From NCBI RefSeq assembly GCF_009914755.1, contig NC_060928.1: a stretch of DNA of 64,000 bases. The stretch is one strand, 5' to 3'. This document shows positions 1-12,200 of this stretch, piece after piece (positions within the stretch are counted from its first letter, which is position 1; every line of letters begins with the position of its first letter). The position numbers were made by a program, and so were the translations under genes. The stretch comes from the human T2T-CHM13v2.0 reference genome, Homo sapiens. The notes beneath the pieces are model-generated. The model had not been told where the DNA came from. It made no database searches and was given only the letters and a program-made list of their open reading frames with translations.

Positions 1-292
1 AACCATTGCTTGGATACAGCATTTTGGAAACATTCCTTTAGTAGAATCTGCAAGTTGATATTTAGATAGATTTGAAGATTTCGTTGGAAACGGGAATATC
101 TTCATAGAAAATCTAGACGGAAGCATTCTCAGAAACTGCTTTGTGATGTTTCCATTCAAGTCAGAGTTGAATATTCTCTTTTATAGAGCACGTTTGAAAC
201 ACTCTTTCTGCACTATCTGGAAGTGGACATTTCGAGCGCTTTGAGGCCTATGGTGAAAAAGGAAATATCTTCCCATAAAAACTAGACAGAAG

Positions 293-3200
293 CATTCTCA
301 GAAACTTGTTTGTGATGTGTGTATTCAACTAACAGAGTTGAACTTTTGTTTTTACAGAGCCGTTTTAAAACACTCTTTTTGTGGAATCAGAAAGTGGATA
401 TTCGGATGGCTCTGAGGATTTCGTTGGAAGCGGGATTACATATAAAATCTAGAGAGAAGCATTCTCAGGAACTTCTTTGTGATGTTTGCATTGAAGTCAC
501 AGAATTGAACATTCACTTTGATAGAGCAGGTTTGAAACACTCATTCTGTAGTATCTGGAAGTGGACATTTCAAGCGCTTTCAGGCCTATGGTGAGAAAGG
601 AAATATCTTCGAATGAAAACTAGACAGAAGCATCCTCAGAAACTTATTTGTGATGTGTGTCCTCAACTAACAGAGTTGAAACTTTGTTTTGATACAGCAT
701 TTTGGAAACAGTCTTTTTGTAGAATCTGCAGGTGGATATTTGGATAGCTTAGAGGGATTCGTTGGAAAGGGGATATCTTCATATAAAATCTAGACAGAAG
801 CATTCTCAGAAACTTATTTGTGATGTGTGTCCTCAACTAACAGAGTTGAACCTTGGTTTTGATACAGCATTTTGGAAACACTCCTTTTGTAGAATCTGCA
901 GGTGGATATGTGGATAGCTCTGAAGATTTCGTTGGAAACGGGAATTTCTTCATATAAAATCAAACAGAAGCATTCTCAGAAACTTCTCAGTGATGTTTGC
1001 ATTCAGCTCATGGAGTTGAACACTTCCTTTCATAGAGCCGGTTTGAAACACTCTTTCTGCACTACCTGGAAGAGGACATTTCGAGCGCTTTGAGTCCTAT
1101 GGTGAAAAAGGAAATATCTTCTCATAAAAACCAGAAAGAAGCATTCTCAGAAACTTCTTTGTGTTGTGTGTACTCATGTAACAGTGTTGAACCATCCTTT
1201 TGACAGAGCAGTTTTGAAACACTCTTTTTGTAGAATCTGCAAGTGGATATTTGGATAGCTTTGAGGATTTCGTTGGAAACGGGATGACATATAATATCTA
1301 GAGAGAAGCATTCTCAGGAACTTCTTTGTGATGTTTGCATTCAAGTCACAGAATTGAACATTCCCTTTCATAGAGCAGGTTTGAAACACTCTTTCTCTAG
1401 TATCTGGAAGTGGGCATTTCAAGCGCTTTCAGGCCTATGGAGAGAAAGGAAATACCTTCAAATAAAAACTAGACAGAAGCATTCTCAGAAACTTATTTGT
1501 GATGTGTGTCCTCAACTAACAGAGTTGAACCTTTGTTTTGATACAGCATTTTGGAAACACTCCTTTTGTAGAATCTGCAGGTGGATATTTGGATAGCTTT
1601 GAAGATTTCATTGGAAACCGGAATATCTTCATATAAAATCAAGACAGAAGCATTCTCGGAAACATCTCTGTGATGTTTGCATTCAACTCAGTAGAGTTGA
1701 ACACTTCCTTTCATAGAGCAGGTTTGAAACACTCTTTCTGCACTACCTGGAAGCGGACATTTCGAGCGCTTTGAGGCCTATGGTGAAAAAGGAAATATCT
1801 TCTCATAAAAACCAGAAAGAAGCATTCTCAGAAACTTCTTTGTGTTGTGTGTACTCAAGTAACAGTGTTGAACCTTCCTTTTGACACAGCAGTTTTGAAA
1901 CACTCTTTTGGTAGAATCTGCAAGTGGATATTTGGATAGCTTTGAGGATTTCTTTGGAAACGGGTTATCTTCATATAAAATCAGACAGGAGCATTCTCAG
2001 AAACTTCTTTGTGCTGTATGTCCTCAATTCACAGAGCTGAACCTTTGTTTGGATACAGCATTTTGGAAACATTCCTTTAGTAGAATCTGCAAGTTGATAT
2101 TTAGATAGCTTTGAAGATTTCGTTGGAAACGGGAATATCTTCATAGAAAATCTAGACGGAAGCATTCTCAGAAACTGCTTTGTGATGTTTGCATTCAAGT
2201 CACAGAGTTGAATATTCCCTTTTATAGAGTAGGTTTGAAACACTCTTTCGGCACTACCTGGAAGTGGATATTTCGAGCTCTTTGAGGCCTATGGTTAAAA
2301 GGAAATATCTTCCCATAAAAACTAGACAGAAGCCGTCTCAGAAACTTGTTTGTGATGTGTGTATTCAACTACCAGAGTTGAACATTTCTGTTACAGAGCA
2401 ATTTTAAAACACTCTTTTTGTGGAATCTGAAAGTGGATAATTGGATAGCTTTGTGGATTTCGTTGGAAACGGGATGACGTATAAAATCTAGAGAGAAGCA
2501 TTCTCAGGAACTTCTTTCTGATGTTTGCATTCAAGTCACAGAATTGAACATTCCTTTTCATAGTGCAGGTTTGAAACACTCTTTCTGTAGTATCTGGAAG
2601 TGGACATTTCAAGCGCTTTCAGGCCTACGGGGAGAAAGGAAATATCTTCAAATAAAAACTAGACAGAAGCATTCTCAGAAACTTATTTGTGATGTGTGTC
2701 CTAAACGAACACAGTTGAACCTTTGTTTTGATACAGCATTTTGGAAACACTCCTTTTGTAGGATCTGCACGTGGATATTTGGATAGATTTTAAGATTTCG
2801 TTGGAAACGGGAATTTCTTCATAGAAACTCAAGACAGATGCATTCTCCGAAACTTCTCTGTGATGTTTGCATTCCACTCATAGAGTTGAAAACTTCCTTT
2901 CATAGAGCAGGTTTGAAACACTCTTTTTGTAATATTTGGAAGTGGACATTTGCAGCGCTTTGAGGCCTATGGTGAAAAAGGAAATATCTTCTCATAAAAA
3001 CCAGAAAAAAGCATTCTCAGAAACTTCTTTTTGATGTGTGTACTCAAGTAACAGAGTTGAACCTTCCTTTTGACACAGCAGTTTTGAAACAATCTTTTTG
3101 TAGAATCTGCAAGTGGATATTTGGATAGCTTTGAGGATTTCGTTGGAAACGGGATATCTTCATATAAAATCTAGACAGAAGCATTCTCAGAAACTTCTTT

Positions 3201-6200
3201 GTGCTGTATGTCCTCAATTAACAGAGTTGAACCATTGCTTGGATACAGCATTTTGGAAACATTCCTTCAGTAGAATCTGCAAGTTGATATTTAGATAGAT
3301 TTGAAGATTTCGTTGGAAACGGGAATATCTTCATAGAAAATCTAGACGGAAGCATTCTCAGAAACTGCTTTGTGATGTTTCCATTCAAGTCAGAGAGTTG
3401 AATATTCTCTTTTATAGAGCACGTTTGAAACACTCTTTCTGCACTATCTGGAAGTGGACATTTCGAGCGCTTTGAGGCCTATGGTGAAAAAGGAAATATC
3501 TTCCCATAAAAACTAGACAGAAGCATTCTCAGAAACTTGTTTGTGATGTGTGTATTCAACTAACAGAGTTGAACTTTTGTTTTTACAGAGCCGTTTTAAA
3601 ACACTCTTTTTGTGGAATCAGAAAGTGGATATTCGGATGGCTCTGAGGATTTCGTTGGAAGCGGGATTACATATAAAATCTAGAGAGAAGCATTCTCAGG
3701 AACTTCTTTGTGATGTTTGCATTGAAGTCACAGAATTGAACATTCACTTTGATAGAGCAGGTTTGAAACACTCATTCTGTAGTATCTGGAAGTGGACATT
3801 TCAAGCGCTTTCAGGCCTATGGTGAGAAAGGAAATATCTTCGAATAAAAACTAGACAGAAGCATCCTCAGAAACTTATTTGTGATGTGTGTCCTCAACTA
3901 ACAGAGTTGAAACTTTGTTTTGATACAGCATTTTGGAAACAGTCTTTTTGTAGAATCTGCAGGTGGATATTTGGATAGCTTAGAGGGATTCGTTGGAAAG
4001 GGGATATCTTCATATAAAATCTAGACAGAAGCATCCTCAGAAACTTATTTGTGATGTGTGTCCTCAACTAACAGAGTTGAACCTTGGTTTTGATACAGCA
4101 TTTTGGAAACACTCCTTTTGTAGAATCTGCAGGTGGATATGTGGATAGCTCTGAAGATTTCGTTGGAAACGGGAATTTCTTCATATAAAATCAAACAGAA
4201 GCATTCTCAGAAACTTCTCAGTGATGTTTGCATTCAGCTCATGGAGTTGAACACTTCCTTTCATAGAGCCGGTTTGAAACACTCTTTCTGCACTACCTGG
4301 AAGAGGACATTTCGAGCGCTTTGAGTCCTATGGTGAAAAAGGAAATATCTTCTCATAAAAACCAGAAAGAAGCATTCTCAGAAACTTCTTTGTGTTGTGT
4401 GTACTCATGTAACAGTGTTGAACCATCCTTTTGACAGAGCAGTTTGGAAACACTCTTTTTGTAGAATCTGCAAGTGGATATTTGGATAGCTTTGAGGATT
4501 TCGTTGGAAACGGGATGACATATAATATCTAGAGAGAAGCATTCTCAGGAACTTCTTTGTGATGTTTGCATTCAAGTCACAGAATTGAACATTCCCTTTC
4601 ATAGAGCAGGTTTGAAACACTCTTTCTCTAGTATCTGGAAGTGGGCATTTCAAGCGCTTTCAGGCCTATGGAGAGAAAGGAAATACCTTCAAATAAAAAC
4701 TAGACAGAAGCATTCTCAGAAACTTATTTGTGATGTGTGTCCTCAACTAACAGAGTTGAACCTTTGTTTTGATACAGCATTTTGGAAACACTCCTTTTGT
4801 AGAATCTGCAGGTGGATATTTGGATAGCTTTGAAGATTTCGTTGGAAACCGGAATATCTTCATATAAAATCAAGACAGAAGCATTCTCGGAAACATCTCT
4901 GTGATGTTTGCATTCAACTCAGTAGAGTTGAACACTTCCTTTCATAGAGCAGGTTTGAAACACTCTTTCTGCACTACCTGGAAGCGGACATTTCGAGCGC
5001 TTTGAGGCCTATGGTGAAAAAGGAAATATCTTCTCATAAAAACCAGAAAGAAGCATTCTCAGAAACTTCTTTGTGTTGTGTGTACTCAAGTAACAGTGTT
5101 GAACCTTCCTTTTGACACAGCAGTTTTGAAACACTCTTTTGGTAGAATCTGCAAGTGGATATTTGGATAGCTTTGAGGATTTCGTTGGAAACGGGTTATC
5201 TTCATATAAAATCCAGACAGGAGCATTCTCAGAAACTTCTTTGTGCTGTATGTCCTCAATTCACAGAGCTGAACCTTTGTTTGGATACAGCATTTTGGAG
5301 ACATTCCTTTAGTAGAATCTGCAAGTTGATATTTAGATAGCTTTGAAGATTTCGTTGGAAACGGGAATATCTTCATAGAAAATCTAGACGGAAGCATTCT
5401 CAGAAACTGCTTTGTGATGTTTGCATTCAAGTCACAGAGTTGAATATTCCCTTTTATAGAGTAGGTTTGAAACACTCTTTCGGCACTACCTGGAAGTGGA
5501 TATTTCGAGCTCTTTGAGGCCTATGGTTAAAAGGAAATATCTTCCCATAAAAACTAGACAGAAGCCGTCTCAGAAACTTGTTTGTGATGTGTGTATTCAA
5601 CTAACAGAGTTGAACATTTCTGTTACAGAGCAATTTTAAAACACTCTTTTTGTGGAATCTGAAAGTGGATAATTGGATAGCTTTGTGGATTTCGTTGGAA
5701 ACGGGATGACGTATAAAATCTAGAGAGAAGCATTCTCAGGAACTTCTTTCTGATGTTTGCATTCAAGTCACAGAATTGAACATTCCTTTTCATAGTGCAG
5801 GTTTGAAACACTCTTTCTGTAGTATCTGGAAGTGGACATTTCAAGCGCTTTCAGGCCTACGGGGAGAAAGGAAATATCTTCAAATAAAAACTAGACAGAA
5901 GCATTCTCAGAAACTTATTTGTGATGTGTGTCCTAAACGAACACAGTTGAACCTTTGTTTTGATACAGCATTTTGGAAACACTCCTTTTGTAGGATCTGC
6001 AGGTGGATATTTGGATAGATTTTAAGATTTCGTTGGAAACGGGAATTTCTTCATAGAAACTCAAGACTGATGCATTCTCCGAAACTTCTCTGTGATGTTT
6101 GCATTCCACTCATAGAGTTGAAGACTTCCTTTCATAGAGCAGGTTTGAAACACTCTTTTTGTAATATTTGGAAGTGGACATTTGCAGCGCTTTGAGGCCT

Positions 6201-9200
6201 ATGGTGAAAAAGGAAATATCTTCTCATAAAAACCAGAAACAAGCATTCTCAGAAACTTCTTTTTGATGTGTGTACTCAAGTAACAGAGTTGAACCTTCCT
6301 TTTGACACAGCAGTTTTGAAACAATCTTTTTGTAGAATCTGCAAGTGGATATTTGGATAGCTTTGAGGATTTCGTTGGAAACGGGATATCTTCATATAAA
6401 ATCTAGACAGAAGCATTCTCAGAAACTTCTTTGTGCTGTATGTCCTCAATTAACAGAGTTGAACCATTGCTTGGATACAGCATTTTGGAAACATTCCTTG
6501 AGTAGAATCTGCAAGTTGATATTTAGATAGATTTGAAGATTTCGTTGGAAACGGGAATATCTCCATAGAAAATCTAGACGGAAGCATTCTCAGAAACTGC
6601 TTTGTGATGTTTCCATTCAAGTCAGAGAGTTGAATATTCTCTTTTATAGAGCACGTTTGAAACACTCTTTCTGCACTATCTGGAAGTGGACATTTCGAGC
6701 GCTTTGAGGCCTATGGTGAAAAAGGAAATATCTTCCCATAAAAACTAGACAGAAGCATTCTCAGAAACTTGTTTGTGATGTGTGTATTCAACTAACAGAG
6801 TTGAACTTTTGTTTTTACAGAGCCGTTTTAAAACACTCTTTTTGTGGAATCAGAAAGTGGATATTCGGATGGCTCTGAGGATTTCGTTGGAAGCGGGATT
6901 ACATATAAAATCTAGAGAGAAGCATTCTCAGGAACTTCTTTGTGATGTTTGCATTGAAGTCACAGAATTGAACATTCACTTTGATAGAGCAGGTTTGAAA
7001 CACTCATTCTGTAGTATCTGGAAGTGGACATTTCAAGCGCTTTCAGGCCTATGGTGAGAAAGGAAATATCTTCGAATAAAAACTAGACAGAAGCATCCTC
7101 AGAAACTTATTTGTGATGTGTGTCCTCAACTAACAGAGTTGAAACTTTGTTTTGATACAGCATTTTGGAAACAGTCTTTTTGTAGAATCTGCAGGTGGAT
7201 ATTTGGATAGCTTAGAGGGATTCGTTGGAAAGGGGATATCTTCATATAAAATCTAGACAGAAGCATTCTCAGAAACTTATTTGTGATGTGTGTCCTCAAC
7301 TAACAGAGTTGAACCTTGGTTTTGATACAGCATTTTGGAAACACTCCTTTTGTAGAATCTGCAGGTGGATATGTGGATAGCTCTGAAGATTTCGTTGGAA
7401 ACGGGAATTTCTTCATATAAAATCAAACAGAAGCATTCTCAGAAACTTCTCAGTGATGTTTGCATTCAGTTCATGGAGTTGAACACTTCCTTTCATAGAG
7501 CCGGTTTGAAACACTCTTTCTGCACTACCTGGAAGAGGACATTTCGAGCGCTTTGAGTCCTATGGTGAAAAAGGAAATATCTTCTCATAAAAACCAGAAA
7601 GAAGCATTCTCAGAAACTTCTTTGTGTTGTGTGTACTCATGTAACAGTGTTGAACCATCCTTTTGACAGAGCAGTTTTGAAACACTCTTTTTGTAGAATC
7701 TGCAAGTGGATATTTGGATAGCTTTGAGGATTTCGTTGGAAACGGGATGACATATAATATCTAGAGAGAAGCATTCTCAGGAACTTCTTTGTGATGTTTG
7801 CATTCAAGTCACAGAATTGAACATTCCCTTTCATAGAGCAGGTTTGAAACACTCTTTCTCTAGTATCTGGAAGTGGGCATTTCAAGCGCTTTCAGGCCTA
7901 TGGAGAGAAAGGAAATACCTTCAAATAAAAACTAGACAGAAGCATTCTCAGAAACTTATTTGTGATGTGTGTCCTCAACTAACAGAGTTGAACCTTTGTT
8001 TTGATACAGCATTTTGGAAACACTCCTTTTGTAGAATCTGCAGGTGGATATTTGGATAGCTTTGAAGATTTCGTTGGAAACCGGAATATCTTCATATAAA
8101 ATCAAGACAGAAGCATTCTCGGAAACATCTCTGTGATGTTTGCATTCAACTCAGTAGAGTTGAACACTTCCTTTCATAGAGCAGGTTTGAAACACTCTTT
8201 CTGCACTACCTGGAAGCGGACATTTCGAGCGCTTTGAGGCCTATGGTGAAAAAGGAAATATCTTCTCATAAAAACCAGAAAGAAGCATTCTCAGAAACTT
8301 CTTTGTGTTGTGTGTACTCAAGTAACAGTGTTGAACCTTCCTTTTGACACAGCAGTTTTGAAACACTCTTTTGGTAGAATCTGCAAGTGGATATTTGGAT
8401 AGCTTTGAGGATTTCGTTGGAAACGGGTTATCTTCATATAAAATCCAGACAGGAGCATTCTCAGAAACTTCTTTGTGCTGTATGTCCTCAATTCACAGAG
8501 CTGAACCTTTGTTTGGATACAGCATTTTGGAGACATTCCTTTAGTAGAATCTGCAAGTTGATATTTAGATAGCTTTGAAGATTTCGTTGGAAACGGGAAT
8601 ATCTTCATAGAAAATCTAGACGGAAGCATTCTCAGAAACTGCTTTGTGATGTTTGCATTCAAGTCACAGAGTTGAATATTCCCTTTTATAGAGTAGGTTT
8701 GAAACACTCTTTCGGCACTACCTGGAAGTGGATATTTCGAGCTCTTTGAGGCCTATGGTTAAAAGGAAATATCTTCCCATAAAAACTAGACAGAAGCCGT
8801 CTCAGAAACTTGTTTGTGATGTGTGTATTCAACTAACAGAGTTGAACATTTCTGTTACAGAGCAATTTTAAAACACTCTTTTTGTGGAATCTGAAAGTGG
8901 ATAATTGGATAGCTTTGTGGATTTCGTTGGAAACGGGATGACGTATAAAATCTAGAGAGAAGCATTCTCAGGAACTTCTTTCTGATGTTTGCATTCAAGT
9001 CACAGAATTGAACATTCCTTTTCATAGTGCAGGTTTGAAACACTCTTTCTGTAGTATCTGGAAGTGGACATTTCAAGCGCTTTCAGGCCTACGGGGAGAA
9101 AGGAAATATCTTCAAATAAAAACTAGACAGAAGCATTCTCAGAAACTTATTTGTGATGTGTGTCCTAAACGAACACAGTTGAACCTTTGTTTTGATACAG

Positions 9201-12200
9201 CATTTTGGAAACACTCCTTTTGTAGGATCTGCAGGTGGATATTTGGATAGATTTTAAGATTTCGTTGGAAACGGGAATTTCTTCATAGAAACTCAAGACT
9301 GATGCATTCTCCGAAACTTCTCTGTGATGTTTGCATTCCACTCATAGAGTTGAAGACTTCCTTTCATAGAGCAGGTTTGAAACACTCTTTTTGTAATATT
9401 TGGAAGTGGACATTTGCAGCGCTTTGAGGCCTATGGTGAAAAAGGAAATATCTTCTCATAAAAACCAGAAACAAGCATTCTCAGAAACTTCTTTTTGATG
9501 TGTGTACTCAAGTAACAGAGTTGAACCTTCCTTTTGACACAGCAGTTTTGAAACAATCTTTTTGTAGAATCTGCAAGTGGATATTTGGATAGCTTTGAGG
9601 ATTTCGTTGGAAACGGGATATCTTCATATAAAATCTAGACAGAAGCATTCTCAGAAACTTCTTTGTGCTGTATGTCCTCAATTAACAGAGTTGAACCATT
9701 GCTTGGATACAGCATTTTGGAAACATTCCTTGAGTAGAATCTGCAAGTTGATATTTAGATAGATTTGAAGATTTCGTTGGAAACGGGAATATCTCCATAG
9801 AAAATCTAGACGGAAGCATTCTCAGAAACTGCTTTGTGATGTTTCCATTCAAGTCAGAGTTGAATATTCTCTTTTATAGAGCACGTTTGAAACACTCTTT
9901 CTGCACTATCTGGAAGTGGACATTTCGAGCGCTTTGAGGCCTATGGTGAAAAAGGAAATATCTTCCCATAAAAACTAGACAGAAGCATTCTCAGAAACTT
10001 GTTTGTGATGTGTGTATTCAACTAACAGAGTTGAACTTTTGTTTTTACAGAGCCGTTTTAAAACACTCTTTTTGTGGAATCAGAAAGTGGATATTCGGAT
10101 GGCTCTGAGGATTTCGTTGGAAGCGGGATTACGTATAAAATCTAGAGAGAAGCATTCTCAGGAACTTCTTTGTGATGTTTGCATTGAAGTCACAGAATTG
10201 AACATTCACTTTGATAGAGCAGGTTTGAAACACTCATTCTGTAGTATCTGGAAGTGGACATTTCAAGCGCTTTCAGGCCTATGGTGAGAAAGGAAATATC
10301 TTCGAATAAAAACTAGACAGAAGCATCCTCAGAAACTTATTTGTGATGTGTGTCCTCAACTAACAGAGTTGAAACTTTGTTTTGATACAGCATTTTGGAA
10401 ACACTCTTTTTGTAGAATCTGCAGGTGGATATTTGGATAGCTTAGAGGGATTCGTTGGAAAGGGGAAATCTTCATATAAAATCTAGACAGAAGCATTCTC
10501 AGAAACTTATTTGTGATGTGTGTCCTCAACTAACAGAGTTGAACCTTGGTTTTGATACAGCATTTTGGAAACACTCCTTTTGTAGAATCTGCAGGTGGAT
10601 ATGTGGATAGCTCTGAAGATTTCGTTGGAAACGGGAATTTCTTCATATAAAATCAAACAGAAGCATTCTCAGAAACTTCTCAGTGATGTTTGCATTCAGC
10701 TCATGGAGTTGAACACTTCCTTTCATAGAGCCGGTTTGAAACACTCTTTCTGCACTACCTGGAAGAGGACATTTCGAGCGCTTTGAGTCCTATGGTGAAA
10801 AAGGAAATATCTTCTCATAAAAACCAGAAAGAAGCATTCTCAGAAACTTCTTTGTGTTGTGTGTACTCATGTAACAGTGTTGAACCATCCTTTTGACAGA
10901 GCAGTTTTGAAACACTCTTTTTGTAGAATCTGCAAGTGGATATTTGGATAGCTTTGAGGATTTCGTTGGAAACGGGATGACATATAATATCTAGAGAGAA
11001 GCATTCTCAGGAACTTCTTTGTGATGTTTGCATTCAAGTCACAGAATTGAACATTCCCTTTCATAGAGCAGGTTTGAAACACTCTTTCTCTGGTATCTGG
11101 AAGTGGGCATTTCAAGCGCTTTCAGGCCTATGGAGAGAAAGGAAATACCTTCAAATAAAAACTAGACAGAAGCATTCTCAGAAACTTATTTGTGATGTGT
11201 GTCCTCAACTAACAGAGTTGAACCTTTGTTTTGATACAGCATTTTGGAAACACTCCTTTTGTAGAATCTGCAGGTGGATATTTGGATAGCTTTGAAGATT
11301 TCGTTGGAAACCGGAATATCTTCATATAAAATCAAGACAGAAGCATTCTCGGAAACATCTCTGTGATGTTTGCATTCAACTCAGTAGAGTTGAACACTTC
11401 CTTTCATAGAGCAGGTTTGAAACACTCTTTCTGCACTACCTGGAAGCGGACATTTCGAGCGCTTTGAGGCCTATGGTGAAAAAGGAAATATCTTCTCATA
11501 AAAACCAGAAAGAAGCATTCTCAGAAACTTCTTTGTGTTGTGTGTACTCAAGTAACAGTGTTGAACCTTCCTTTTGACACAGCAGTTTTGAAACACTCTT
11601 TTGGTAGAATCTGCAAGTGGATATTTGGATAGATTTGAGGATTTCTTTGGAAACGGGTTATCTTCATATAAAATCAGACAGGAGCATTCTCAGAAACTTC
11701 TTTGTGCTGTATGTCCTCAATTCACAGAGCTGAACCTTTGTTTGGATACAGCATTTTGGAGACATTCCTTTAGTAGAATCTGCAAGTTGATATTTAGATA
11801 GCTTTGAAGATTTCGTTGGAAACGGGAATATCTTCATAGAAAATCTAGACGGAAGCATTCTCAGAAACTGCTTTGTGATGTTTGCATTCAAGTCACAGAG
11901 TTGAATATTCCCTTTTATAGAGTAGGTTTGAAACACTCTTTCGGCACTACCTGGAAGTGGATATTTCGAGCTCTTTGAGGCCTATGGTTAAAAGGAAATA
12001 TCTTCCCATAAAAACTAGACAGAAGCCGTCTCAGAAACTTGTTTGTGATGTGTGTATTCAACTAACAGAGTTGAACATTTCTGTTACAGAGCAATTTTAA
12101 AACACTCTTTTTGTGGAATCTGAAAGTGGATAATTGGATAGCTTTGTGGATTTCGTTGGAAACGGGATGACGTATAAAATCTAGAGAGAAGCATTCTCAG

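Noticed and set aside
227-245. Short palindromes (AGCGCT, AGGCCT, TCTAGA, AAGCGCTT) as hairpins or terminators
   Set aside because: These are ordinary 6-8-bp dyads in the alpha satellite consensus, too short to support a structural claim without folding calculations.
440-449. TATA-like TATAAAA motifs after CENP-B boxes
   Set aside because: These are part of the normal monomer consensus; promoter activity cannot be inferred from sequence.
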